The notes under the pieces are model-generated. The model was not told the origin of the DNA and did no database searches. It worked only from the letters and a program-made list of their open reading frames with translations. Both the position numbers and the translations under genes were made by a program. A stretch of 64,000 nt of DNA from contig CAYTFZ010000004.1 of the NCBI GenBank assembly GCA_964437215.1, positions 9,077-73,076 of the forward strand. The letters run 5' to 3'. The DNA is from an uncultured Melioribacteraceae bacterium. Its GTDB lineage: Bacteria > Bacteroidota > Ignavibacteria > Ignavibacteriales > Melioribacteraceae. Positions 28,210 through 38,623 of this stretch are shown in pieces (within the stretch, counting starts at the first letter, position 1; every line of letters begins with the position of its first letter).

Positions 28210-30126
28210 ATGTTTTCCAAATTATCTAAAATGACAATTCGCGAAAAGATGAAATATATATCCCGTCTTTTCATTATAAATTTTATTATAGTTATTGCGG
28301 CAGCTATTTATACTAATTATTGGAGTGATAATTCTCTTCACAAATTTTCGGATGAATATTTAGTCTCTGCCGGCTTGCTTTTACAGGTTGACAGGGATTT
28401 GTATCAGGCGGCAATTGCCGAAAGGTCGATGATCTTATCGCAATACGGTTCTGCTGAATACAGTAAATGGAACGACTTTTACAACGAAAATCTATCTCAG
28501 GCTGAGGAAAGATGGAACAAATATGCAGAAATAGAAAAAAGCGAAAAAGAAGAAAGCCGGGCAGCAGATTTTCTCCCTTATCTTGAAAAGTGGAAAGAAA
28601 ATTCAAAAAGTATAATAAATATGATTGCCACAGATACCTCCGAAGGCAAACAATTTGTTGCAAACCGAGTTCTTTCGGAAGATCAGTACTTTACTGAAAT
28701 GAGGAAAGTAATTGACGATTTAACAATTATTCTTGAAGAAGAAATTATTCCTGAAGCGCAAAGCGAGGCAAATCTTAATTTTATGATTACAATAGGGATA
28801 ATTGTAGTATTGTTTATTGGTGTACTATTATTTTCAATTAAAATTGCAGATTATCAGGTTAAAACAATTGCTGAACCGATTGTAGAATTAGAAAAAGCCG
28901 CTAAAAAAATTGCTGCAAATGAAAAAAATGTAGTAGTTAAAGTTGAAAACACAGATGAAATTGGCGACCTGGCAAAATCATTTAATATAATGTCGGCAAA
29001 CATCGAAAAATCGATGAATGAAATAAGCGAGAAAAATATTGCCGCTGAAGAGGCTAATAAATCTTTGGTTGAATATAAAAACTATCTCGATTCTTCCGTT
29101 GAAGAACTTCTTGGTGCAATGAATAAGTTCTCGGTTGGCGATCTTGAAGTAAATCTGGAAATCAGAAAGAATGATGAAATAGGAAAATTGTTTGACGGAT
29201 TTAATAAATCGGTTGCAAATATCAAGAGTATAATCATTTCTGTACGCGAAGCTATAGAAGCAACTGCCGCCGCAGCAGCTGAAATATCAAGCAGTACCGA
29301 GCAGATGGCTTCGGGTTCACACGAGCAAAGTACAAAAACGCTTGAGGTTGCGGGCGCAGTTGAGGAAATGACAAAAACTATTCAAGAAACAGCAACTAAC
29401 GCAAGCGGTGCATCTGATGCATCAAGGCAGTCTAAAAAACAGGCGATTCTTGGTGTTGATACAGTTAATCTTTCCAAAACAGGAATGCAGGAAATTGTTT
29501 CATCATCAGTAAAGACAGCCGAAGTAATTGCTTCACTTACCAATAAAACAGACCAGATAGGAAATATTGCCCAGGTGATTGATGAGATTGCCGATCAGAC
29601 AAATTTGCTTGCACTTAATGCAGCAATAGAAGCTGCACGAGCCGGAGAACAAGGAAGAGGATTTGCAGTTGTTGCCGATGAAGTACGGAAACTTGCCGAG
29701 AGAACTACAAAAGCTACAAAAGAGATTGCCGAGACCATTAAAGCTGTTCAGATGGAATCCAGAGAAGCTGATAAATCGATGGAAGAAGCTAAAAAAATAA
29801 TAAATCACGGAATGGGGCTGAACGAAAAAGTTGAGTCCGTACTTAACGAAATTTTAAAAAGCGCCGAAGCGGTATCCGGACAAATTGAACAAGTTGCAGC
29901 TGCAAGCGAAGAGCAATCGACCGCAGCTTCTCAAATAAGTTCAAGCATCGAAACTATTAATTCGGTAACAACAGAATCGGCAGCAAGTATCAGCGAAGTT
30001 GCACGCACTGCCGATGATTTAAGCAGAATGACAGAAAATCTGCAGAATTTAATAAGCAATTTTAAGATTGATATGAAACGAGCTGTTGCTAAATCCGGTT
30101 TCGAATTACAGAACAGACGTTTCTAA
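28210..30126 (+). CDS. Methyl-accepting chemotaxis protein
   Basis: Two TM segments flank a helical periplasmic sensor region, followed by HAMP. Highly conserved signalling hairpin: [36 protein letters not shown]. Strong GGAGG Shine-Dalgarno motif upstream. Confidence 0.9.
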   Translation: MFSKLSKMTIREKMKYISRLFIINFIIVIAAAIYTNYWSDNSLHKFSDEYLVSAGLLLQVDRDLYQAAIAERSMILSQYGSAEYSKWNDFYNENLSQAEERWNKYAEIEKSEKEESRAADFLPYLEKWKENSKSIINMIATDTSEGKQFVANRVLSEDQYFTEMRKVIDDLTIILEEEIIPEAQSEANLNFMITIGIIVVLFIGVLLFSIKIADYQVKTIAEPIVELEKAAKKIAANEKNVVVKVENTDEIGDLAKSFNIMSANIEKSMNEISEKNIAAEEANKSLVEYKNYLDSSVEELLGAMNKFSVGDLEVNLEIRKNDEIGKLFDGFNKSVANIKSIIISVREAIEATAAAAAEISSSTEQMASGSHEQSTKTLEVAGAVEEMTKTIQETATNASGASDASRQSKKQAILGVDTVNLSKTGMQEIVSSSVKTAEVIASLTNKTDQIGNIAQVIDEIADQTNLLALNAAIEAARAGEQGRGFAVVADEVRKLAERTTKATKEIAETIKAVQMESREADKSMEEAKKIINHGMGLNEKVESVLNEILKSAEAVSGQIEQVAAASEEQSTAASQISSSIETINSVTTESAASISEVARTADDLSRMTENLQNLISNFKIDMKRAVAKSGFELQNRRF

Positions 30127-30140
30127 AAAAAAATCCTTCC

Positions 30141-30170
30141 AAAGCCGGTAAAAATTTACCGGCTTTTTTA
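30141..30170 (+). terminator. Intrinsic terminator after the MCP gene
   Basis: AAAGCCGGT-(loop)-ACCGGCTTT hairpin followed by TTTTTTATTTT. Confidence 0.6.
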
Positions 30171-30244
30171 TTTTAAAGCTTTCTTTACTGTTATCTTAAT
30201 TTTAAATGAGTTATTTTTCACCTTATTAAAAATATTTGGTGAAT

Positions 30245-31249
30245 ATGATAAAACCAGCTTATGTAATATCGATACCGGTAATTTGTTTAATATTATTTTT
30301 AACAAGGTGCGATAATAAGGAAGATAAATCTGCATCTGAAGAAAAAACAGGATACAGCATAATGCCAGACAATAATGTCCCCGATTTTTCAGGAAAAAAC
30401 GCGCTTGATTATGTTTATAGGCAAGTTGAATTCGGTCCGCGCAATCCAAATTCAAATGGACATAAAAATGCGCTTGCCTTTTTATCGGAAGAATTAGCAA
30501 AGTATTCGGATACTTTGGTTCTTCAAAATTTCACATATAGTGGATATAATGAAGAAAAACTTTTTCTTACAAATATAATTGGAAAAATTAATCCTAAAGC
30601 TTCTAATAGAATACTGCTCTGCGCTCACTGGGATACAAGACCGATGGCTGATCAGGATTCCGATCCGGCGAAAAGAGATTTGCCTATTTTAGGCGCAAAT
30701 GACGGAGCAAGCGGAGTTGCTGTGTTGCTGGAAGCAGCGAAAATATTAAAAGTAAGAAAACCGCTTTTCGGTGTAGATATAATTCTTTTAGATGGTGAAG
30801 ATTACGGGAAAGCAAGCGATATAAATAATTTCTGTATAGGTTCAAAATATTTTGCAGCTACAAAAAGCAGAGATTATAATCCGGAAATAAGTATTCTTTT
30901 AGATTTGGTAGGCGATAAAGAAGCTAAGTTTTTTAAAGAGGCAAATTCTACGGCTATCAATAAAAGACTTGTCGATGAAGTCTGGAAAATAGCAGCGCGT
31001 AAAGGCTACAATAAATTTGTCGGTCAAACTGGTTCGGCAATCTATGATGATCATATCCCATTATCCGAAGCTGGAATAATGACAATTAATATTATAGATG
31101 CGGAACTTGTAGGGGGACACGCAAGCGATTCGCGCAGAAATTATTGGCACACTCATAAAGATACACCCGATAATTTAAGCGCCGAAACCCTGGGAGAAGT
31201 AGGTACTGTGCTGATAAATCTTATTTATTCAATAAAATTTAATAACTGA
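30245..31249 (+). CDS. M28-family metallopeptidase-fold protein, glutaminyl-peptide cyclotransferase-like; probable lipoprotein
   Basis: ILLCAHWDTRPMADQD, LGANDGASGVAVLLEAAKIL, LLDGEDYG and the C-terminal WHTHKDT metal-ligand pattern of the M28/QC fold. Signal MIKPAYVISIPVICLILFLTR/C. ATG 30245 is preferred over the track's TTG 30236. Confidence 0.6.
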   Translation: MIKPAYVISIPVICLILFLTRCDNKEDKSASEEKTGYSIMPDNNVPDFSGKNALDYVYRQVEFGPRNPNSNGHKNALAFLSEELAKYSDTLVLQNFTYSGYNEEKLFLTNIIGKINPKASNRILLCAHWDTRPMADQDSDPAKRDLPILGANDGASGVAVLLEAAKILKVRKPLFGVDIILLDGEDYGKASDINNFCIGSKYFAATKSRDYNPEISILLDLVGDKEAKFFKEANSTAINKRLVDEVWKIAARKGYNKFVGQTGSAIYDDHIPLSEAGIMTINIIDAELVGGHASDSRRNYWHTHKDTPDNLSAETLGEVGTVLINLIYSIKFNN

Positions 31250-31250
31250 T

Positions 31251-32099
31251 ATGAAAAAATATAAAGAGTTTAAAATATTACTTGAACCGTTTGAAACTGA
31301 AATTGTAACCGGACTTTTGTGGGAATTAGAGATAACCGGAATAAATGAAGAAAAAGATTTTCTTGTTGTGTTTGCTGATGAAAAAAGCAGTACAGGAACA
31401 AAGGAAATTGAATCAATTTTATCTAAATTAAAAAAAGAAAAAATTCTCCGGACTTTTTCAGTTACCGAAAGCTTGTTAGAAGACAAAAACTGGAACGAGG
31501 AATGGGAAAAAAGTATTCAGGTTGTAGAGGTAGATGATAGAATTGTTATAAAACCCTCTTTCCGTAAATATGAAGAAAAACCGGGACAAATTATAATTAC
31601 TATCGATCCGAAAATGTCTTTCGGTACCGGGGAACACCAGACAACGCAAATAATGATTAAACTGCTGGAGAAATATCTCATTCCTGATTGTGAACTTCTT
31701 GATGTTGGAAGCGGAACAGGAATTTTAGCAATTGCAGCTGTAAAACTCGGTGCAAAAAAAGCAGTTGCAGTTGATATTGATGAATGGTGTTTGATGAACG
31801 GGTTGGAAAATTGCAGGTTAAATAATGTTGAAGATAAGATTGATATAAGACAGGGTGAGTTGAAAAATATTGAAGATAAAAAATTTGATATGGTTTTGGC
31901 AAACATCAATAAAAATATCCTTATCGAAATTAAAGATGAAATTCGTAAAAGGCTTTCTGCTGAGGGAATTTTAGTTTTATCAGGGCTTCTGTTTTCGGAT
32001 GAAAATGATATACGCTCGCACTACGAACCAATAGGATTTAAGGTAATTGAAAAGATGCAAATGAAAGAGTGGATTGGACTTGTATTAAAATGGCATTAA
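31251..32099 (+). CDS. prmA: Ribosomal protein L11 methyltransferase
   Basis: IITIDPKMSFGTGEHQTTQ and LLDVGSGTGILAIAAVKLGA motifs. Confidence 0.85.
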   Translation: MKKYKEFKILLEPFETEIVTGLLWELEITGINEEKDFLVVFADEKSSTGTKEIESILSKLKKEKILRTFSVTESLLEDKNWNEEWEKSIQVVEVDDRIVIKPSFRKYEEKPGQIIITIDPKMSFGTGEHQTTQIMIKLLEKYLIPDCELLDVGSGTGILAIAAVKLGAKKAVAVDIDEWCLMNGLENCRLNNVEDKIDIRQGELKNIEDKKFDMVLANINKNILIEIKDEIRKRLSAEGILVLSGLLFSDENDIRSHYEPIGFKVIEKMQMKEWIGLVLKWH

Positions 32100-32167
32100 T
32101 CACAGTAAATTTTCACATGTTAAAGATTTTATAAAGCAGACGATTATATATAAAAAAATACTTTTTT

Positions 32168-33484
32168 ATGGCAAATCCAATGCAAGAAATTGAACAATTA
32201 AAAAAGCTTCTTGAATTAAAAGAAATAGAGCTTGCGCAGTTTAAAAAAAATCTCGAAGAATCTGAAGCTGCTGCAAAAAGAAACGGAGAACTTCTTCACT
32301 CAGTAGTTGAAGCAGCAGCAAGCAAAATAGGGCAGGATTTTTTTGATAATATTGTAATTAAACTTTCGGAATGGCTGGGAGCTGAATGTGTTTTAATCGG
32401 GCGGATGACTGAAAATGAAAGAGTGGAAGCCGTGCCTCTTTTACTTGACGGAAAAATATCGCACGGTTTTTCCTATGAACTTGCAGGCTCGCCATGCGAA
32501 ATTACTTCGCGAAAAGGGTATTGCTGTTATACTGAAAATGTGATAAATATTTTTCCAAAAGATCAGATTTTAGTTGATCTGAATGCAGAATCCTACATAG
32601 GTTCAGCTTTATTCAATAAGGATGGAATTGTTAACGGGGTTATATGCGCTGTATCAAGAAAAAAACTGAATGTTCCTGTTTATGCTCAGGATATTATGAA
32701 AATTATAGGGGCAAGAGTAACTGCCGAATTAGATAGAATTAAAATGGAAGAGGAACTAAAAAAATCGGAGGCTGAGCTGAGGGAAAGCAATGCAGCTAAA
32801 GATAAATTTTTCTCAATTCTCGCACACGATCTGAAAAATCCACTAAGTTCAATTCTTGGCTTTTCGAAATTACTAATTACCGATTATGATGTTTATTCTG
32901 CCCAAGAACACCAAGATTTTGTTAAAACAATCCATAACGCTACCCAGCAGACATATATTTTATTAGAAAATCTTTTAACCTGGTCGCTTTCGCAGCAAAA
33001 GGTTCTGGAATACCGTCCTAAAAAAATATTACTTAAAAGTATTGTTGATGATTCGTTAGTTGTTTTAAGCAATCAGGCATCAGGTAAAAAGATAAAGATT
33101 AACAGTTCAATACCGGAAAATGTTGAGGTTTTTGGCGATTACGATATGCTGTCTGTCGTATTCCGAAATCTTATTTCTAATGCAATTAAATTTACCAAAA
33201 GCGGCGGAACAATTAAAATATTTCTAAATACGAACAATCAGAATAACGGCAAAAATATAGAAATTGTTGTCCAGGATAACGGCATTGGCATATCACCTGA
33301 AAGGCTCGGAAATTTGTTTAATATGCTGAAAGTAGACTCGACACCCGGTACTAAAGATGAATGCGGAACAGGTTTGGGGTTGATTTTATGCAAAGATTTG
33401 ATTGAAAAACACAAAGGGTCCATTAGAGCAGAAAGTAAACCCGGCGAGGGGAGCACCTTTTTTGTAAAGTTAAAGAAAAGTTGA
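32168..33484 (+). CDS. Cytoplasmic sensor histidine kinase (coiled coil, GAF-like, HisKA, HATPase_c)
   Basis: H-box FFSILAHDLKNPL, N-box FRNLISNAIKFT, G-boxes QDNGIGI and GTGLGL. No TM segments, and no response regulator adjacent. Confidence 0.85.
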   Translation: MANPMQEIEQLKKLLELKEIELAQFKKNLEESEAAAKRNGELLHSVVEAAASKIGQDFFDNIVIKLSEWLGAECVLIGRMTENERVEAVPLLLDGKISHGFSYELAGSPCEITSRKGYCCYTENVINIFPKDQILVDLNAESYIGSALFNKDGIVNGVICAVSRKKLNVPVYAQDIMKIIGARVTAELDRIKMEEELKKSEAELRESNAAKDKFFSILAHDLKNPLSSILGFSKLLITDYDVYSAQEHQDFVKTIHNATQQTYILLENLLTWSLSQQKVLEYRPKKILLKSIVDDSLVVLSNQASGKKIKINSSIPENVEVFGDYDMLSVVFRNLISNAIKFTKSGGTIKIFLNTNNQNNGKNIEIVVQDNGIGISPERLGNLFNMLKVDSTPGTKDECGTGLGLILCKDLIEKHKGSIRAESKPGEGSTFFVKLKKS

Positions 33485-33486
33485 TT

Positions 33487-36400
33487 TTACTTTATATCGC
33501 TAACCCTGCATATACTTTTAAAATTACAGTAACTGCATACTTTTTTTTCCTTATCAGGCAAAGCCGAAAGACCGAATTTCCCTTCTTGAATAGAATCTGA
33601 ATATTTTTTAATAAATTTTCTTACAGAATCGATAAGATTGCGGTTTGCTTCTAAGGGATCGCTTTTTTTATCGGGGAAAACTATTTTCTTTTCTAACTTA
33701 TCCGAATATTTAAGAGAGTAGATTTGCATTGCATAAGGTAAATGTTCAATTTCTGTTTTCTTTTGCAATAAATGAGCAGCCGCATCGGCATAAACTGGTA
33801 ATTGAAGCGATAAACCATTATAAAGATCATCTTTCGTAATATTTGCTTTTCCTGTTTTATAATCAACAACCGAAACAGTATTATCTTGTATTTCAATACG
33901 GTCAATCTTGCCGCGAAGCATAACACCTTCAATTTCAAAAGGTTCGTCGGAGCTTAAGAATTCATCTCTTTTATCAGAATAAACCGAACCGAAAGCGGTT
34001 TCGAAATATGCTGGGATAAATCCTGTAATATCATTTCTTTCATTTAAAAGGAATTTATAAAGGATTGAATTCTCAATTTTCCCGTTGATTCCGAAGATTT
34101 TTTCTTTATCCCAAAACGCCATCGGCGATTTAAATATATCTTCTTTCTCAAGTTTCTTTTCGGCAAAATTAAAAAGCATTTTAATTGCTGCCGAAAATTC
34201 TTCGTTGCTGCAGCCGGCTAATTTAATATTTTTCGCTTTTAACTCGATAAAAAAATCAAAAAGAATATCGTGCAAAAAATTCCCTATTTCAAGTCCGGCA
34301 GCTTCTTCTTCGGGTTCTTCAATTATTTCCAAATGCAAAATTCTTTCTGCAAAAAATTTAAATGGACATTTTGCATAGGTTTCGAATTGGGTAATCGAAT
34401 ATTGTTTTTCTGTATTTGGAATTGGTCCGGTATAACCGTTCCAGCCGGATACTGATAAATCATTTTGTTGCCGGAGCTTGTTAATTTTTATCTTTTCAAG
34501 AATATTATTTTTATCATCGGGAAGATTATCTGAAAGGATGTTTTTAATTTCTTCCTGATTGAGCAATGCCGATTTTCCGAAAAGAATACCGGCTTCTTCA
34601 TAATTAAGAATGTAATTTTTATAGTGCGAAATATTCTTTTTTTTGCATTCAAAAATTGCTAAAAAATCTTTAATGAATGAAGAAGTTTCCAACTCGGTTT
34701 TCCCATCCGATGCCGGATAAGAAAGCCAGAGTTTTTTATTCCAGGAGTTTAAGGCAGTGTAAAACTTATATCTTTCTTCCGAAATGTGAATATTTTCTTG
34801 TTTGAAAAAAGTCCCTGAAGAAAATATTTCCGGCTGGTAGCGGGTAGGGAAATCACCATCGCACATTCCGCCTAAAAATAAATAACCGGCATTTATCCCG
34901 CGCATTTCTTCAACTGATGTAACAAGAACACCGTATCCGGATTTTTCTTTAACATTAAACCTCGAGGATGAGGAAATAAGCCTTAATTTGTCGAGAAAAA
35001 ATTGCAGAGGAAATTTTGACGGGCTACTTTCTGCCGAGGTAAAAAGATTGAAAATTTCGGAGATTGTATCGGTAAAAAGACTGAGCGCTTTTATGTTTTC
35101 TTCAGTCTTACTGCCCGAATGCTTTAAGATACTTGATACAAAATCCGAATCAATAATCAGTTTTTCTAATTCCAGAATAAACTCTTTGTATGTTAGATTT
35201 TTTTCGAATGGTTTAAGAATTTTTTCAATATAACATATTGTATGTAAAGCTGAATTATAATCTTCTTTCGAAAAACCTTTATAATCTTCTCCTGTTTCAC
35301 TTTCAAATTCGGAAGATAAAATCAATTCTTTCAGTTTATTAATCCAATTAAATCTGCCCGAAACAATTCCGAAAACCGAACATATTCTTTCAAGATTTTT
35401 AGGATTGAATTTATGGGGTAAAAAATAGCCGGAATAACCGATTCGCAGGATATCTTTATAATAAAAATCGTTTTCAAGAATTTCCAGCAATTTAATTAAT
35501 GCAATAACCGGCTGCGAACTGTCCGTGCTTATCCGGTCAGTAAGATTTAGCGGAATGCCGTATGAAGGAAAAATTTCGCGGACAAAGGACGAGTAGTTTG
35601 AAATAAGATTAAAAGCAACACAAATATCCGAAGGTTCAGTCTTCTCCTCTTTTAGCAAAAGTTTTATTTCTTTTGCAATTAACTCAACTTCTTCGCTTCG
35701 GTTTTTGGCTTCAATAAGGGTGACCTTTTCTTTGAATAAATCAGTGCAGAAATTCTTTTTTAGAAAAAGATTTTCGCGGATTATATTTTTAAATCCGTTT
35801 GATGATGAACCCGATTTATCAAATACTTGCCTGAATCCGTTTTTCTCGAAAAAATAAAAGCATTCGTTAAGGTGCGAAAAAATCATCTGATTGTTAACAT
35901 AATAGTCGAAATTTATGAATAATTCATTCTGCAAAAAGCCGCTGATGCGGTTTATTATTTCAATTTCGGGTTTGTAAAATTGATTAAATCCTGAAATAAA
36001 AGCTGTTTTAACTTTTGGGAATAAGCCTTCGAAGGATTTTTTGATTTCATTTTTATCTTGGATTATCAGTTCCCGGTAAATATCTCCTATTTCAAATGAT
36101 TTCAATGTTTTGCAGTATTTAAGATAGGATTCGTAAATTATTGCTATATCTTTTGCTTTACGTTTTTCTAAGGGTGTTAATTCTTCTGCTTCCTGAAAAA
36201 GCATTTCCGGCGATACTAAATTCTTTTTGTATTCCGAAATTACGTTTTTAATTCTGTCTAATGTCCCGTCGGGAATACTGCTTCCTTTCCCTCCGAAATA
36301 ACCAAGTTCAAGATTGTTTATAGAAGTTTTTAACATTACAGCCATTGCTGCTTCGCTTGCTTCGGAAAAAGGAATTAAATTTTTTAATAATTTTACGGAT

Positions 36401-36597
36401 AGGGTTGTTAAAGTTTCAATTGTAATACCTGATGTGGTTTTACCCGGACATTCTTTGATAAGCTGTTTTTTAAGATTACGCAACTTCCTGTTTGTAGGAA
36501 CAATAAATAAAATATTATCAATCTTGTTTTGATTTATCAAATCACTTATTAAATGATCGGTATCAATATTTTTAATATTATTTTTAGAAATTATCAT
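33487..36597 (-). CDS. AddB-like PD-(D/E)XK nuclease family protein with a C-terminal Fe-S cysteine cluster (inactive helicase-like N-terminus)
   Basis: 1036 aa. C-terminal nuclease motif RGKIDRIEIQDNTVSVVDYKTGK, and Cys ligands CPFKFF ... CSYCNFKSIC, the AddB-type 4Cys arrangement around the nuclease. I saw no Walker A motif in the N-terminal region. Confidence 0.65.
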   Translation of the reverse strand: MIISKNNIKNIDTDHLISDLINQNKIDNILFIVPTNRKLRNLKKQLIKECPGKTTSGITIETLTTLSVKLLKNLIPFSEASEAAMAVMLKTSINNLELGYFGGKGSSIPDGTLDRIKNVISEYKKNLVSPEMLFQEAEELTPLEKRKAKDIAIIYESYLKYCKTLKSFEIGDIYRELIIQDKNEIKKSFEGLFPKVKTAFISGFNQFYKPEIEIINRISGFLQNELFINFDYYVNNQMIFSHLNECFYFFEKNGFRQVFDKSGSSSNGFKNIIRENLFLKKNFCTDLFKEKVTLIEAKNRSEEVELIAKEIKLLLKEEKTEPSDICVAFNLISNYSSFVREIFPSYGIPLNLTDRISTDSSQPVIALIKLLEILENDFYYKDILRIGYSGYFLPHKFNPKNLERICSVFGIVSGRFNWINKLKELILSSEFESETGEDYKGFSKEDYNSALHTICYIEKILKPFEKNLTYKEFILELEKLIIDSDFVSSILKHSGSKTEENIKALSLFTDTISEIFNLFTSAESSPSKFPLQFFLDKLRLISSSSRFNVKEKSGYGVLVTSVEEMRGINAGYLFLGGMCDGDFPTRYQPEIFSSGTFFKQENIHISEERYKFYTALNSWNKKLWLSYPASDGKTELETSSFIKDFLAIFECKKKNISHYKNYILNYEEAGILFGKSALLNQEEIKNILSDNLPDDKNNILEKIKINKLRQQNDLSVSGWNGYTGPIPNTEKQYSITQFETYAKCPFKFFAERILHLEIIEEPEEEAAGLEIGNFLHDILFDFFIELKAKNIKLAGCSNEEFSAAIKMLFNFAEKKLEKEDIFKSPMAFWDKEKIFGINGKIENSILYKFLLNERNDITGFIPAYFETAFGSVYSDKRDEFLSSDEPFEIEGVMLRGKIDRIEIQDNTVSVVDYKTGKANITKDDLYNGLSLQLPVYADAAAHLLQKKTEIEHLPYAMQIYSLKYSDKLEKKIVFPDKKSDPLEANRNLIDSVRKFIKKYSDSIQEGKFGLSALPDKEKKVCSYCNFKSICRVSDIK

Positions 36598-36753
36598 TGT
36601 TTAAATTCGAATTATTAATAAATTGCCAGCGAACATTTTATCAGCATTGCTTGTTTTGTGGTTACAAAATTAGCTTATAAACGAACAAGAAAATTATTAT
36701 ATTTTGAAAAGAGTTTTAATAATAAGTTATAACATAAAGAATTAAGGTCATAA

Positions 36754-37407
36754 ATGAAAAATATATTTTTCATAGTAGTTTTGTTTATTTCCTTTCCGGT
36801 GTTTGCGCAAAAACTTGGTGAAATGGCACCCGAAGAACTTCCGGGAGAATTTCCGCCTTATCAATTCGGTTTCGATTTAATGTTTACCGAAGGAGGATTT
36901 GGATTCGGCACTTTTTTAAGGCGCGAAATTATGACAGATGTTTCTGCTTTTATCGATATTTCTATAAGCGAAGCAAAAGGCGAAAAAGAAATGGAATACT
37001 ATGATTATTACGGACAGCCATTTGTTATAAACAAAAAAAACCGCGTTTTTCTTATTCCGTTGAATGTCGGTTTGATGTACCGATTATTTTCACACCAGCT
37101 TACGGATAATCTGCGTCCTTATATAATCGCCGGAATAGGTCCTACACTTATTTTAACTACACCGTACGAAAGAAACGGCGAGCTTGTGGAATTCTTTAAC
37201 TCTTTTAAATATTCGCATCCGTATTATACATTGGGCGGATATTTTGGCGTAGGCGCAAATTTCGGATTGAGCCGCGACTATGTTATAGGCGTAAACGTCC
37301 GCTATTTTTATACGAAGTTAGGTAAAGGCATCGAAAATGAAACCGGCAATTTTCAGAAAGAATTCGGCGGAGTCTTTCTTGCAATAAATCTTGGTTTTAT
37401 GTATTAG
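36754..37407 (+). CDS. Small outer-membrane beta-barrel protein (hypothetical)
   Basis: Signal peptide ...FPVFA/Q, alternating hydrophobic beta-strand pattern with Gly/aromatic richness, and a C-terminus LGFMY with an aromatic last residue. Confidence 0.5.
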   Translation: MKNIFFIVVLFISFPVFAQKLGEMAPEELPGEFPPYQFGFDLMFTEGGFGFGTFLRREIMTDVSAFIDISISEAKGEKEMEYYDYYGQPFVINKKNRVFLIPLNVGLMYRLFSHQLTDNLRPYIIAGIGPTLILTTPYERNGELVEFFNSFKYSHPYYTLGGYFGVGANFGLSRDYVIGVNVRYFYTKLGKGIENETGNFQKEFGGVFLAINLGFMY

Positions 37408-37444
37408 TTCAATCATTTTTTAAAATCTATTAAAAGGTAATTTT

Positions 37445-38554
37445 ATGAAGAAAAGTGTTTTATTGTTTCTAACTGTTATGTTTATAAATATTCAAGCGCA
37501 AACTGAGAGCATCCCTCTGCTGAAGGATGTTTTTAAAGATAAATTTTATATAGGCAACGCTCCAAGCGATTACATAATAAAAGGAAATGATCAAAAAGCA
37601 TTGGAAATTTTAGCTGAACAGCACAACAGTATTACTGCCGAAAATGTTATGAAATGGGAATCAGTACATCCGCAGCCGGGAAAATACAATTTTGAAGCTG
37701 CCGACAGATTTATTGAATTCGGTCTGAAGAATGATATGTATATTATCGGGCACACGCTTGTTTGGCATTCGCAGACTCCAAGATGGGTTTTCCAAGATGC
37801 AAATGGAAATCCCGAAACACGTGAAGGATTAATTGCAAAAATGGAAGAGCATATAACTACAGTTATGAGCAGATATAAAGGCAAAGTTAAAGCTTGGGAT
37901 GTTGTTAACGAAGCTTTTAACGAGGATGGGACTTTGCGTAGCAGTCCTTGGCAGAAAATTATTGGCGACGATTTTATTAAAATTGCTTTCCAAATTGCCA
38001 ATAAAGTTGATCCCGATGCAAAATTAATTTATAACGATTACAATTTGTGTTTCAAAGCAAAACGCGAGGGATGCATTAAATATATTAAAAGTCTGCTTGA
38101 TGAAGGCGTGAAAGTTTATGCAATTGGAGAACAAGGTCACTGGGATATGGTTAGTCCTAAAAATGAAGAAATTATTGGTTTTTTTGAAGATGTGAAGAAA
38201 ATCGGATTAAAAGCAATGATTACAGAGCTGGATATAAATGTGCTGCCGAATCCGTGGAATTTTACTGGAGCAGATGTTAGTGTAAACTTTGCAGCAAGAC
38301 CTGATGCAAATCCTTACACAGATGGATTGCCGGATAGTGTTGAAACCAAGCATGCAGAAAAATATGCAGAGGTTTTCAGCATATTCCTTGAATATCAAGA
38401 TATTCTGGACAGAGTAACCTTTTGGGGAGTACACGATGGACATTCCTGGAAAAATAATTTCCCGGTAAGAGGAAGAACAGATTACCCGTTATTGTTTGAC
38501 AGGCAATACCAGCCTAAAAAAGCTTTTTATTCAATTATAGATTTAGTTAAATAA
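37445..38554 (+). CDS. Endo-1,4-beta-xylanase, glycoside hydrolase family 10
   Basis: GH10 signatures: HTLVWHSQTPRW, WDVVNEA (acid/base Glu), ITELDI (nucleophile Glu), FWGVHDGHSW. Signal peptide present. Confidence 0.9.
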   Translation: MKKSVLLFLTVMFINIQAQTESIPLLKDVFKDKFYIGNAPSDYIIKGNDQKALEILAEQHNSITAENVMKWESVHPQPGKYNFEAADRFIEFGLKNDMYIIGHTLVWHSQTPRWVFQDANGNPETREGLIAKMEEHITTVMSRYKGKVKAWDVVNEAFNEDGTLRSSPWQKIIGDDFIKIAFQIANKVDPDAKLIYNDYNLCFKAKREGCIKYIKSLLDEGVKVYAIGEQGHWDMVSPKNEEIIGFFEDVKKIGLKAMITELDINVLPNPWNFTGADVSVNFAARPDANPYTDGLPDSVETKHAEKYAEVFSIFLEYQDILDRVTFWGVHDGHSWKNNFPVRGRTDYPLLFDRQYQPKKAFYSIIDLVK

Positions 38555-38570
38555 TAATTTATGTTTTATC

Positions 38571-38605
38571 TCAAAGATGCCGGGAGAAATCCTGCGCATC
38601 TTTGA
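38571..38605. terminator. Hairpin between convergent genes (putative bidirectional terminator)
   Basis: TCAAAGATGC-(15-nt loop)-GCATCTTTGA, a perfect 10-bp inverted repeat. Confidence 0.45.
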
Positions 38606-38623
38606 ATATATTTTTCCCAATCA

